Shown: positions 55,768-64,000, counted from the stretch's first letter. The stretch: 64,000 nt of DNA from Minisyncoccota bacterium (GCA_035438505.1 DAORIM010000001.1:7808-71807), one strand, 5' to 3'. The notes: generated by a model not told the origin, from the sequence alone. Translations and numbers: made by a program.

Positions 55768-56037
55768 TTACCAGGAAGCTTTCTTAACGCCCGGGATCTT
55801 GCCCTCAAGTGCGAGCTCGCGGAAAGCGATGCGGGAAAGACCGAAATCACGCATGTAGCCACGACCGCGGCCGGTAATAGCGCAGCGGTTCTTAACACGA
55901 ACCGGAGACGCATTCTTCGGAAGCTTCTGAAGACCGTCCCAATCGCCAGCAGCCTTAAGCTCCGTGCGCTTTGCAGCGTACTTGTCGGCGAGCTTAATGC
56001 GCTTTGCGTTGCGGGCGAGTTGGGATGTTTTGGCCAT
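55768..56037 (-). CDS. rpsN: 30S ribosomal protein S14 (long, non-zinc type)
   Basis: 89 aa, [13 protein letters not shown]...[25 protein letters not shown]. Confidence 0.85.
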   Translation of the reverse strand: MAKTSQLARNAKRIKLADKYAAKRTELKAAGDWDGLQKLPKNASPVRVKNRCAITGRGRGYMRDFGLSRIAFRELALEGKIPGVKKASW

Positions 56038-56111
56038 AAGAAAAAAGCTCCGGGGAGCCGTTCCACCAATCTATCAGCCAGGAAGTAGGCTGTCAAATCA
56101 ATGTGGAGACC

Positions 56112-56135
56112 CCGCAGATTGCTCCGCGGGGTCAT
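56112..56135 (-). terminator. hairpin between inserted gene and rpsN
   Basis: gaccccgcagattgctccgcggggtc. Confidence 0.5.
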
Positions 56136-56139
56136 TGGT

Positions 56140-56688
56140 TTAGGCAGCGTCCTGCTTCGGGATTTGGAGGTACTTGTACACCTGGTTTGGAGGCAGGAAG
56201 TAGTTCGCAGCCCAGAATGGCTTGGTTCCTTGCTGCAGCACGAGCTGAACCCAGTACTTTTTCGCCCTCCCCTGTCCCACCATGCCCCGAAACAAAACAT
56301 GGGACGTGTGGCAGTGGGTAGCGAGTATGTCCGTGGCAAGCTCAGTGAGCTTGCTGTTGAACGCCTCCTGAATCGTGTAGGCGTCCTCTTCGGCCAGGTT
56401 AGACAGCTGAAGAAGCTCACCGTGAGTCAGATACCGCCTTTCTGGCGACACCAGCTCAAAGAGACGCTCGGCATCAATACCAGTCCCCCGCGCCTCAGCG
56501 GTGAGCGTTTCCTTCCTGGGCATCCAGAGCCGCAACTTGAAGTCTACGCGCTGCGTCTCTCGAACCCAGGAGGCTGAGAAGGCAACGCGAGCGTCGTCGA
56601 TGAGTTCTTCGACGTGACTGTGTTCGTATCCCACATCGCGGCTCGCAAACTCAAGCCACGCAGGATCGCTTTTCATCGGAGTTAACAT
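56140..56688 (-). CDS. hypothetical protein inserted within the spc ribosomal operon (between rplE and rpsN)
   Basis: 182-aa ORF with no ribosomal-protein similarity, bracketed by hairpins at 56112-56135 and 56755-56781. Confidence 0.45.
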   Translation of the reverse strand: MLTPMKSDPAWLEFASRDVGYEHSHVEELIDDARVAFSASWVRETQRVDFKLRLWMPRKETLTAEARGTGIDAERLFELVSPERRYLTHGELLQLSNLAEEDAYTIQEAFNSKLTELATDILATHCHTSHVLFRGMVGQGRAKKYWVQLVLQQGTKPFWAANYFLPPNQVYKYLQIPKQDAA

Positions 56689-56754
56689 TCGAGGTCCTTC
56701 CTGAACAAAACGTTCCTCCCCGATACTTCACCATCGAGCGGCATATGTCAAAGA

Positions 56755-56781
56755 AAAAGCCCGCATCTGCGGGCTTTTTCT
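56755..56781 (-). terminator. terminator/attenuator hairpin of the conserved family, directly after rplE
   Basis: aaaaagcccgcatctgcgggctttttc. Confidence 0.6.
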
Positions 56782-56795
56782 TTGAGTGAAGCGTA

Positions 56796-57332
56796 TTACG
56801 CCTCTTTCTTAAATGGAATGCCGAGGTGGCGGAAGAAGGCTTCTGCCTCTGGCTTGGTCTTCGCTGTTGATACAAGCGTGATAGCCATACCGAATACGTC
56901 CTTGAGGTCTTCTTCTGCAGTCTCAGGGAAGATCGTGTGATCCTTGATGCCGATGGTGAGGTTGCCCATCTCATCAACGCCCGAAATGTTGAGTCCGCGG
57001 AAGTCGCGCGTACGAGGAAGCGTGATGTGGATGAGCTTGTCGAGGAACTCGTGCATGCGTGCGCCGCGAAGTGTTACCTGAAAGCCAATGATGTCGCCTT
57101 CGCGCATCTTGAACTGGGCAATGGACTGCTTTGCTGCGCGAGGCGCTGCCTTCTGTCCGGTAACCCGGGAAAGACGATCCTCTACGAGTGCCTTCTTTGT
57201 CTTGTCAGCCTTGCCGACGCCTGAGGACACCACGATCTTCATAAGACGCGGAGATGCGTTTACGTTCGTGTAGCCAAACGACTCCTTGAGAGTGTCGAAT
57301 GCGTTTGCAAGCTTTTCTTTAGTCATCATCAT
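56796..57332 (-). CDS. rplE: 50S ribosomal protein L5
   Basis: Canonical L5 core (SPRLMKIVVSSGVG..., GLNISGVDEMGNLTIGIKDH). Confidence 0.9.
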   Translation of the reverse strand: MMMTKEKLANAFDTLKESFGYTNVNASPRLMKIVVSSGVGKADKTKKALVEDRLSRVTGQKAAPRAAKQSIAQFKMREGDIIGFQVTLRGARMHEFLDKLIHITLPRTRDFRGLNISGVDEMGNLTIGIKDHTIFPETAEEDLKDVFGMAITLVSTAKTKPEAEAFFRHLGIPFKKEA

Positions 57333-57343
57333 ACCTAAATGCG

Positions 57344-57688
57344 TTATGCGAGCGTGGAACCGCTCTTAACCGTGACGCGAACCTTCTTCCCGTCCTTGTT
57401 GGTCTCCTGCTTTACGCGGGTTCCCTTCTTCTCCTTAGGATCCTGGAGCATGACGTTTGAGATTGCGATTGCGCGTGGCTTCTCGACGATGCGGCCGGTC
57501 TGTCCGCGAGTACCGCGGCTATGGCGCTTTACGAGTGCAACACCCTCAACCACGATCTTCGCGTCTTCGCGAATCACGCGCTCAACCGTACCGGTCTTAC
57601 CCTTATCTTTTCCGGAGATAACAACGACGGTGTCGCCTTTCTTGATTTTAAACTTTGCGGTCTGGAGACCCTTTGATGCCTTGGACAT
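57344..57688 (-). CDS. rplX: 50S ribosomal protein L24
   Basis: KOW motif KIKKGDTVVVISGKDKGKTGTV. Confidence 0.85.
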   Translation of the reverse strand: MSKASKGLQTAKFKIKKGDTVVVISGKDKGKTGTVERVIREDAKIVVEGVALVKRHSRGTRGQTGRIVEKPRAIAISNVMLQDPKEKKGTRVKQETNKDGKKVRVTVKSGSTLA

Positions 57689-57699
57689 AATCGTTGCGG

Positions 57700-58077
57700 T
57701 TAGACTACTTCAGGCGCGATAGACGCGATGTTCTGCCAGCCGCGCTCGACGAGGTCGCGGGGTACAGGACCGAAGACGCGGTTCCCCTTGGGACCCATCT
57801 CCTTACCCTGCTTTTCAATAAGCACGACGGCGTTGTCGTCGAAGCGGACGTAGATGCCAGACGCACGGCGGAACGCCTTCTTCTGGCGTACGACGACTGC
57901 CTTGTAAATATCTTTCTTCTTTACTGCCTTGCGGGGCTCTGCAGTCTGGATGGATACGACTACCACGTCGCCAATCTCCGCATAGCGGCGCTTTGAGCCT
58001 CCGAGTACCTTGAACACGCGAGCGACTTTGCCGCCTGAGTTGTCGGTAACGGTGACGATTGACTGTGGCTGTACCAT
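57700..58077 (-). CDS. rplN: 50S ribosomal protein L14
   Basis: MVQPQSIVTVTDNSGGKVARVFKVLGGS... canonical L14. Confidence 0.9.
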   Translation of the reverse strand: MVQPQSIVTVTDNSGGKVARVFKVLGGSKRRYAEIGDVVVVSIQTAEPRKAVKKKDIYKAVVVRQKKAFRRASGIYVRFDDNAVVLIEKQGKEMGPKGNRVFGPVPRDLVERGWQNIASIAPEVV

Positions 58078-58088
58078 AAATAAAGAGA

Positions 58089-58331
58089 TTACTTAGCGAT
58101 CTTGAATGACTTCATCTTAGAAATCGGCGCGCACGCAACAATCGTTACCTGATCCCCCACCTTTGCCGTGTTGCCCTCGTCGTGGGCGAGGAACTTCTGG
58201 CTGCGGGTCTGGTACTTCTTGTACTTCGGGTGCTTTACGTACCGAGAGACCGAGACGGTGGCCGTGTCCTTCATCGCCGTTTTAACAACGGTTCCGCGGA
58301 ACGACTGGGGCTTTGGGGTTTTGGTATCCAT
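58089..58331 (-). CDS. rpsQ: 30S ribosomal protein S17
   Basis: FRGTVVKTAMKDTATVSV...HDEGNTAKVGDQVTIVACAPISKMKSF. Confidence 0.85.
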   Translation of the reverse strand: MDTKTPKPQSFRGTVVKTAMKDTATVSVSRYVKHPKYKKYQTRSQKFLAHDEGNTAKVGDQVTIVACAPISKMKSFKIAK

Positions 58332-58336
58332 GGTAA

Positions 58337-58537
58337 TTATGCAGCTTTGTTCTTCTGTGCGGTCTTCTCAGTGAGAAGGCGCGCGATATCCTTGCGAGTC
58401 TTAGTAAGTGCCGAAGGATCCTTTGCGCGAGCGCCTGCAGCTTCAAAGCGAAGCTTGCGAAGCTCTTCGCGCTTCTCCACGAGGAGCTTGGTGATCTCCT
58501 CTGGCTTGGTGTCCTTGAATGAAAGTTTCTTGGCCAT
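58337..58537 (-). CDS. rpmC: 50S ribosomal protein L29
   Basis: 66-aa helical protein, EELRKLRFEAA... typical L29. Confidence 0.8.
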   Translation of the reverse strand: MAKKLSFKDTKPEEITKLLVEKREELRKLRFEAAGARAKDPSALTKTRKDIARLLTEKTAQKNKAA

Positions 58538-58541
58538 AGTA

Positions 58542-58961
58542 TTAGCGGGTTATGACCGTGGTCTTAAGCGGAAGCTTTGCACCAGCGCGGCGAAGTGCAT
58601 CGCGGGCCTTAGCATCGTCCACACCATCGAGCTCAAAGAGGATGCGTCCTGGACGTACCTCGAACACGAAGTGCTTCGGATCTCCCTTACCCTTACCCAT
58701 GCCCACCTCGGCAGGCTTGTTCGTAATAGGACGGTCCGGGAAGATGCGGATCCAAAGCTTACCACCTTTACCCGTAACGCGGGTAAGCACCTTACGGGCA
58801 GCCTCGATCTGGTTTGAGGTAATGCGCGAAGGAGTCGTAGCACGTAGGCCGTAGGAACCGAACGCAACCGTAATGCCGCGAGTATCAGGACGCGCAAGAC
58901 GCTCCGGGGACTTTCGTCCGGTCTGCCACTTGCGGTGCTTAACTTTCTTTGGAAAAAGCAT
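58542..58961 (-). CDS. rplP: 50S ribosomal protein L16
   Basis: MLFPKKVKHRKWQTGR... canonical L16. Confidence 0.9.
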   Translation of the reverse strand: MLFPKKVKHRKWQTGRKSPERLARPDTRGITVAFGSYGLRATTPSRITSNQIEAARKVLTRVTGKGGKLWIRIFPDRPITNKPAEVGMGKGKGDPKHFVFEVRPGRILFELDGVDDAKARDALRRAGAKLPLKTTVITR

Positions 58962-58972
58962 AGTACGTAAAT

Positions 58973-59686
58973 TTAGCGGCGTGGGCCGTTAGTCGCAGGG
59001 CGCTCAGATGCAGGACGTGCTGCGCTCTCTGCGTTGAAGGTCTCGCCGAGGTAGATCCACACCTTGATACCGATTACGCCGTATGGAAGAAGTGCCTCCG
59101 TGTGTGCGTAGTCGATGTTTGCACGGAAGGTCTGAAGCGGAATGCGGCCGCGCTTGATCTGCTCGGTGCGGCTCATCTCAGCGCCGCCAAGGCGACCTGA
59201 AACCACGATGCGCACACCAGCAACCTCGCGAACTGCCATAACCTTTTCAACCGTCTGCTTCAGCACGCGGCGGAACGGCATGCGCTTCTCAAGACCCTCA
59301 GCAACCATGTATCCCACCACCTGGGCGCTGGTCTCCGGCTGGCGGATCTCCATGATGTCGAGCTTCACGACGGGCTTTGCTCCCGAGGCCTTTGCATGCA
59401 CGAGCTTTGTTACTTCTGTACGAAGCTTCGTTGCATTCTCGCCTGAGCGGCCGATTACGAGACCTGGGCGGGCGGTGTGAAGGATCACACGCACCTCAGC
59501 AGCACCGCGCTCGATTTCAATGTCCGAAATGTGCATCGCCTTGCCGCGCTTCTTGAAGAAGGCGCGGATCGTTGCGTCAGCCGCAAGATTATCGCGGTAT
59601 GACTTCTTATCTGCAGCGAACCAGCGGCTCTTCCAATCACGGATGATGCCGAGGCGGTGGGCGTACGGGTGGACAGTGTGAGTCAT
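58973..59686 (-). CDS. rpsC: 30S ribosomal protein S3
   Basis: KH domain and S3 C-terminal domain; Arg/Pro-rich tail. Confidence 0.9.
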   Translation of the reverse strand: MTHTVHPYAHRLGIIRDWKSRWFAADKKSYRDNLAADATIRAFFKKRGKAMHISDIEIERGAAEVRVILHTARPGLVIGRSGENATKLRTEVTKLVHAKASGAKPVVKLDIMEIRQPETSAQVVGYMVAEGLEKRMPFRRVLKQTVEKVMAVREVAGVRIVVSGRLGGAEMSRTEQIKRGRIPLQTFRANIDYAHTEALLPYGVIGIKVWIYLGETFNAESAARPASERPATNGPRR

Positions 59687-59691
59687 GGTAA

Positions 59692-60084
59692 TTACTTGGA
59701 ATCGTTCGAAAGGCGCACGATGATGCGGCTGCGGCGCTTCCGGATAGGAGCGGCACGGCCCATGGCACGAGGCATGAAGCGCACGATCATACCGGCTGAA
59801 TCAACGCGGATATCCTCGATGCGGAGGTTCTCCGTGCTCTCGCCGCGGTTCTTCGCGTTGGCAACCGCTGACTGAATAAGCTTCTTAACCGGCTCTGCGG
59901 CGCGCTTGGAAAGGAACGAAAGCTCAGCGATCGCATCTACAGCCTTCTTTCCCTTCACAAGGTCCGTTACGAGACGCACCTTGCGAGGCGACTGGTTGTA
60001 GGTATCGATAGACGCACGGATAGCCTTCTTTGCCTCCTCCTTGCGTGCCTTTGCTGGCTGCTTATGTGTTCCTACCGATGCCAT
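59692..60084 (-). CDS. rplV: 50S ribosomal protein L22
   Basis: SPRKVRLVTDLVKGKKAVDAIAELSF... with basic beta-hairpin. Confidence 0.85.
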   Translation of the reverse strand: MASVGTHKQPAKARKEEAKKAIRASIDTYNQSPRKVRLVTDLVKGKKAVDAIAELSFLSKRAAEPVKKLIQSAVANAKNRGESTENLRIEDIRVDSAGMIVRFMPRAMGRAAPIRKRRSRIIVRLSNDSK

Positions 60085-60086
60085 AC

Positions 60087-60434
60087 TTATTTCTTCTTAG
60101 GCGCTGCAGGAGCGGCCTTAGCTGCCTTAGCGGCGGTGATCTCAGCCTGCTTCTTCTTCTCTTCAAGCTGCTTCTGCATCTTACCTCCGTGGCGTACGAA
60201 CTTCTTGGTTGGCGAGAACTCGCCAAGGCGGTGTCCTACCATTTCCTCGGATACGAGGACGTCTACATGGCTCTTGCCGTTGTGCACGCCAAACGTAAAC
60301 CCAACGAACTCCGGAGGGATCTGGCTTGCGCGTGCCCACGTCTTAATGACGCCGGCATCTGACGGCTTTTTGTCCTGAATCTTCTTCATGAGCTTCAGGT
60401 CAACGTATGGGCCTTTCTTGAGTGAGCGGGACAT
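60087..60434 (-). CDS. rpsS: 30S ribosomal protein S19 with Lys/Ala-rich C-terminal extension
   Basis: [19 protein letters not shown]...[24 protein letters not shown] core; tail ...[23 protein letters not shown]. Confidence 0.85.
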   Translation of the reverse strand: MSRSLKKGPYVDLKLMKKIQDKKPSDAGVIKTWARASQIPPEFVGFTFGVHNGKSHVDVLVSEEMVGHRLGEFSPTKKFVRHGGKMQKQLEEKKKQAEITAAKAAKAAPAAPKKK

Positions 60435-60471
60435 GGATAGACAATGGAAAGCCCGCCAAGCGGGATAGATA

Positions 60472-60501
60472 GAATCTATAGGAAACGGGAGTCTATGTCA
60501 A
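60472..60501 (-). promoter_or_regulatory. candidate sigma70-type promoter for rpsS and downstream genes
   Basis: Minus strand reads TTGACA-(18 nt)-TAGATT ending ~35 nt upstream of the rpsS start. Confidence 0.3.
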
Positions 60502-60560
60502 ATAAAGGGCCAGCGTGCTAGGGTTTCCGCAGAATTGAATTCAACCCTGGGAGACTGGTT

Positions 60561-61073
60561 ATGCTGCTCAGACGAGATCTGTACCGGGTCATTACTGACG
60601 AAGACGAGCAGGAGATCGAAAGACTCTTTAAATTGGCGCTCGATCTCCGCTTTAGACTCCCTGCGTACTTGGAGGAAGTTTGGCTGGTGGCTGGAAGGAA
60701 GTACTACCCCGAATGCCACGAAACAGCTCATGCTTTTGCCCAAATCGCTGGAATTGAGGCGGTAGATGGAGAACATGTTGTGCTTACCAAGACCAACTGC
60801 TCTTCGGAGGAAGGTGATTTTGGAGCTAATTACACAACGGTTCTTCACTCTTGGAACGTGTTTGAGGTTCCGAGCGGACAAAAGTTCATTCTCGACGTTC
60901 TACCTGTATACGACTCCTCTATACTGCCCATCGTGCTTCAGGCTCCGAATCCTGCCTACTGGATTCCTAAAGACGCGCTGAGAGTTAATGCGCTCAAACA
61001 AATCCAGGAGCCGCGCATGCAACACCGAATTAAGAACCTGGCTGAGGCAATGCAAAAGGTGCTCGAGAGTTGA
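60561..61073 (+). CDS. hypothetical protein (first gene of the opposite-strand insertion in the S10 operon)
   Basis: 170 aa, no recognised family, host-like GC. Confidence 0.4.
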   Translation: MLLRRDLYRVITDEDEQEIERLFKLALDLRFRLPAYLEEVWLVAGRKYYPECHETAHAFAQIAGIEAVDGEHVVLTKTNCSSEEGDFGANYTTVLHSWNVFEVPSGQKFILDVLPVYDSSILPIVLQAPNPAYWIPKDALRVNALKQIQEPRMQHRIKNLAEAMQKVLES

Positions 61074-61936
61074 CCCCGCTCCGGCGGGGTCTTTTCCTTA
61101 GGCTATACTTCTTCTATATGATCGACCTCAACTCCCCCTCTGCCCGACGCATGGAGCTTATCGGCGCGAGCGTTCTTATTGTTATCGTCCTCGGCTTTAC
61201 CATCTGGTACATGGCCACGCACCAGGCTCCTGAGCCATACGCGCCCTTCCCGGGAACCGTTGAAGAGGTTGTAGAGACGCTTCCGCCTGAAGTGTACGAA
61301 GAACACGGCACCTACTTTGATATAGAGGCCACCTACCCCGCAGAAACGCCCCTTAAGGCGAGCGCGAGCGCTGAGGCAGATGCAGAGGCCGTATCCCTCA
61401 TGGAGGACTTCGTAGACGAGACTATTGCCGACTTCAAGCGCCAGGGCGACTTCGACAATCTCACTCCTGCTGATATCGAGCTTATGGGCCTTTCTGACAC
61501 CCGCAAGGAAAGCATCATGATCTCGTACGAAGAGTACGCAGGAGCGGATACCGTCTCCTACGTGTACACCCTCTACGTTGATACGCTTGGCGCGCATCCA
61601 AACGCCTTCTTCCGCACCTTCACCTTTGACCGCCTTTCGGGAGAAGAGCTGAAAATAAACGAGCTCTTCGTTTCCGGCTCCGACTATCTCGGGCGCCTCT
61701 CCGCTATCGCAGAGTTTGAGCTTTCAAAGTCTCTTGGAGAGTTTGCCGACATCGAGTACATCCGCCAGGGCGTCGCCAAGGATGCTATTAACTTCCAAAG
61801 CTTTGCTATAGACGGCGAGAATCTTGTTCTCGTCTTCCCGCCGTACCAGGTAGCGCCCTACGCAGCTGGCACGCAGGAAGTATCCATTCCTCTTTCTCAG
61901 CTTTCGGAGATTCTGAAGCTGGAATACCTTCCTTAA
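61070..61936 (+). CDS. membrane-anchored protein, possibly DUF4163/DUF3298 (RsiV/PdaC-like) two-domain fold
   Basis: N-terminal TM helix (LIGASVLIVIVLGFTIWYMA), acidic linker, ~230-aa extracytoplasmic region; family assignment tentative. Confidence 0.4.
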   Translation: MTPLRRGLFLRLYFFYMIDLNSPSARRMELIGASVLIVIVLGFTIWYMATHQAPEPYAPFPGTVEEVVETLPPEVYEEHGTYFDIEATYPAETPLKASASAEADAEAVSLMEDFVDETIADFKRQGDFDNLTPADIELMGLSDTRKESIMISYEEYAGADTVSYVYTLYVDTLGAHPNAFFRTFTFDRLSGEELKINELFVSGSDYLGRLSAIAEFELSKSLGEFADIEYIRQGVAKDAINFQSFAIDGENLVLVFPPYQVAPYAAGTQEVSIPLSQLSEILKLEYLP

Positions 61937-61995
61937 GTTGCGCACGGGGTACCAACAAGATACGGTACCCATAGACAGCACAGAGGAGACGAATT

Positions 61996-62202
61996 ATGTG
62001 TGAAGGATGTGGATGTGGAGACCCAGAGCCGCGCGTAAATCCTGCAAAGCTTGCGCAGGCTCGTATCAACCTCCGGAACCGCGGCATCGACACGAATGCC
62101 ATCTCCGACCCTGACTGCTACGGAACGCGTAGCCAGAAAATCGGCCGATGGTTCGGGAGACTCTGGTTCAACTTCAAGATTGCTGCCGGTTGGACCTGGT
62201 AG
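61996..62202 (+). CDS. hypothetical small Cys-rich protein
   Basis: 68 aa beginning MCEGCGCG, further Cys at DPDCYG; Trp-rich C-terminus. Confidence 0.3.
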   Translation: MCEGCGCGDPEPRVNPAKLAQARINLRNRGIDTNAISDPDCYGTRSQKIGRWFGRLWFNFKIAAGWTW

Positions 62203-62207
62203 CGAAA

Positions 62208-62279
62208 GAAAAGGCCGGAACCCTCAGGTTCCGGCCTTATCTCAATTTAAAGAAAAGCCCCGCATTCGCGGGGCTTTTC
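62208..62279. terminator. tandem terminator hairpins (second is a member of the conserved family), bidirectional between the insertion (+) and rplB (-)
   Basis: aaaaggccggaaccctcaggttccggcctt followed by gaaaagccccgcattcgcggggcttttc. Confidence 0.65.
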
Positions 62280-62280
62280 T

Positions 62281-63123
62281 TTATCGCTTCTTTCCAACCT
62301 TGCGGCGAGAAACAATAAACTTGTTCGAGTACTTCTTCGGTGTGCGGGTCTTCTGGCCCTTGCCGGTTGGACGGCCCCAGATGGACTTTGCGCGACGGAG
62401 ACCGCGTCCCTGGCGTCCTTCACCACCGCCGTGTGGGTGATCAACCGGATTCATGGCAGTACCACGCACGGTAGGGCGGATACCCTTCCAACGGCTCTTG
62501 CCGGCCTTTCCGTAGTTCTGCAGGCGCTGCTCCTCGTTGCCAACAGCACCAACGGATGCCCATGCAGACTCGATGATCTTGCGGATCTCGCTCGATGGCA
62601 TCTTTACCTGCGCGTATCCAGCGTCATGCGCAACGATCTCGCAGTAGTTTCCTGCTGAGCGTGCGATGCGTGCTCCTGCTCCTGGACGAAGCTCTACGTT
62701 GTAGATAAATGTTCCTGCTGGAATCTTCGCAAGCGGAAGGCGGTTACCCGTCTTGATCGGTGCCTTCTCAGAGATGAGGAAGGTGTCGCCAACCTTCATG
62801 TCCTTCGGAACGGTTACGTAGCGGCGCTCGCCATCAGCAAATACCGTAAGCGCAATGAATGCGGTGCGGTATGGATCGTACTCGATGGTCTCGATGCGCG
62901 CTGGAATGTCGCGCTTCTCGAGCTTGAAGTCCACGTCGCGAAGGCGGCGCTTATGGCCTCCACCCTGGTGGCGCATGGTGATGCGTCCGGCGTTGTTGCG
63001 GCCGGCCTGGTTCTTCTTCGTTGAAAGAAGCGCCTTATGTGGCTTGTCGCCTGAGAGTACGCCACGGTACGTGACGACAGTCATTGAGCGACGAGACTTT
63101 GAGGTTGGCTTGAAAGACTTCAT
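62281..63123 (-). CDS. rplB: 50S ribosomal protein L2
   Basis: Canonical L2 (GRNNAGRITMRHQGGGHKR..., RGTAMNPVDHPHGGGEG) with basic C-terminal tail. Confidence 0.9.
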   Translation of the reverse strand: MKSFKPTSKSRRSMTVVTYRGVLSGDKPHKALLSTKKNQAGRNNAGRITMRHQGGGHKRRLRDVDFKLEKRDIPARIETIEYDPYRTAFIALTVFADGERRYVTVPKDMKVGDTFLISEKAPIKTGNRLPLAKIPAGTFIYNVELRPGAGARIARSAGNYCEIVAHDAGYAQVKMPSSEIRKIIESAWASVGAVGNEEQRLQNYGKAGKSRWKGIRPTVRGTAMNPVDHPHGGGEGRQGRGLRRAKSIWGRPTGKGQKTRTPKKYSNKFIVSRRKVGKKR

Positions 63124-63134
63124 GGTAATAGAGG

Positions 63135-63509
63135 TTATGCGAGCGTGAGGGTGTCACCCTTCTTGAGGTAGACGTATGCCTTATGGCGGCGAGCGCGCGT
63201 ACCGACGCCGCGGCGTGTGCGAAGCGATACCTTCTTTGCAGGAAGATTCGCCATGCGCACCTTCGAAGGAATCACATTGAATGCCTTCTCGATAGCGTTT
63301 GCTACGTCGAGCTTGGTTGCCGTTGCCGGAACCTCAAAGACGTAAACGCCGTTCTCAGTGCCGATAAGAGCCTTTTCTGAGAACCATGGGCGCTTCAGGA
63401 TGTTCGCAATGCGCGCGTCATCCTTCTTTAGCAGACCCTCGCCCCAGGTGCGTACCCCGGACTTCTCCTTCTTTGGAGCCTTCTTGTTGTCGTTAGAGAA
63501 AAGTGCCAT
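63135..63509 (-). CDS. rplW: 50S ribosomal protein L23 with N-terminal Lys-rich extension
   Basis: Core ...LKRPWFSEKALIGTENGVYVFEV...KKGDTLT. Confidence 0.8.
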   Translation of the reverse strand: MALFSNDNKKAPKKEKSGVRTWGEGLLKKDDARIANILKRPWFSEKALIGTENGVYVFEVPATATKLDVANAIEKAFNVIPSKVRMANLPAKKVSLRTRRGVGTRARRHKAYVYLKKGDTLTLA

Positions 63510-63520
63510 AGATACGTATG

Positions 63521-64000
63521 TTATGCCTTCTTCGTAAGGCGCGCGGAGAGCTGCGGTAGCGCCTCAGCCGGATTCTCAATAACGAGGTACTTCTTCGTTA
63601 CGAGATCAACCGGGTTAAGGTTGCGCGCTTCCTCAAGCGTGAGGCTGCCAATGTTGCGGAACGACTTCGCGACGTTCGCATCCTTCTTCGCGAAGGCAAC
63701 GATTGCTGCGTTCTTGCGCTTGGTTGCGAGCTTTGCGGCACCGGAACCTGCAGCGATAGCAACGAGCATTGCCTTTGCGTCCTTAGTCTTTGGTGTTGCA
63801 AAGGAAAGCGTGTTCACGAAGAGCACCTCGCCGTCCTTCCACTTCTTCGAAAGCACTGAGGCAAACGCTGCTGCACGCATCTTGCGGTTGATCTTCACCG
63901 AGTAGTCCTTATCTGCACGAGGACCGTGGGTCACACCGCCGCCCTTCCAGATTGGAGAGCGAGTGGAGCCGTGGCGGGCGCGTCCTGTTCCCTTCTGCTT
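63521..64000 (-). CDS. rplD: 50S ribosomal protein L4 (5'-truncated by window end)
   Basis: Contains conserved SPIWKGGGVTHGPR region reading through position 63934 to the window edge. Confidence 0.8.
   Translation of the reverse strand, partial: KQKGTGRARHGSTRSPIWKGGGVTHGPRADKDYSVKINRKMRAAAFASVLSKKWKDGEVLFVNTLSFATPKTKDAKAMLVAIAAGSGAAKLATKRKNAAIVAFAKKDANVAKSFRNIGSLTLEEARNLNPVDLVTKKYLVIENPAEALPQLSARLTKKA

Noticed and set aside
60498-60881. 127-aa minus-strand ORF overlapping the 170-aa plus-strand gene and the rpsS promoter region
   Set aside because: No motifs; overlaps the better-supported plus-strand ORF. It would require transcription through the candidate rpsS promoter.
1-64000. CRISPR arrays
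   Set aside because: Scanned for regularly spaced short direct repeats. None found; the only tandem/dispersed repeats are the pilin 125-bp repeat and the island repeat units.

Overview
This window is a high-GC (roughly 55-65%) bacterial chromosome segment that looks like a Patescibacteria/CPR-type genome. The signals are a spc ribosomal operon with S5 directly followed by L15 (no L30), K/R/A-rich tails on several ribosomal proteins, and a secretin-less type IV pilus locus next to comFC.

Layout, start to end:
- 0.1-11.5 kb: a complete type IV pilus (T4P) operon on the minus strand. It carries four prepilin-like minor pilins, pilD, two tandem pilA paralogs sharing an identical 125-bp 5' coding repeat, pilC, pilT, an orphan REC response regulator, pilB, pilO/N-like genes and pilM.
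- 11.5-23.6 kb: divergent comFC-like gene, tRNA-Ser, endonuclease V, a cupredoxin/DoxX/NUDIX group, malic enzyme, a peptidoglycan amidase, recG, a second tRNA, ftsH and smpB.
- 23.7-24.1 kb: tmRNA (ssrA).
- 24.0-43.65 kb: a mosaic, partly AT-rich (~37% GC in places) genomic island abutting the tmRNA 3' end.
  - Mobility/regulation: large serine recombinase, Prim-Pol/RepA-type primase-helicase, XRE regulator.
  - Candidate defence cargo: a 1520-aa SF1 helicase + REase-like nuclease + topoisomerase-type zinc-ribbon protein with two small partner genes, and a DUF3800-containing gene pair.
  - Other cargo: CYTH protein, a CsoR-controlled copper cassette, and a HAD hydrolase broken by an in-frame TGA.
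  - Repeats: a dispersed GAGGTTCTAAC-containing repeat family followed by hairpins.
- 43.7-49 kb: SRPBCC, DUF4105, small membrane proteins, infC-rpmI-rplT, an RNase J-like beta-CASP hydrolase.
- 49-64 kb: ndk, map, two tandem adenylate kinases, secY, and the spc and S10 ribosomal operons. These are interrupted twice by non-ribosomal insertions (one gene between rplE and rpsN; three opposite-strand genes between rplB and rpsS). Each insertion is bracketed by members of a near-identical terminator-hairpin family.
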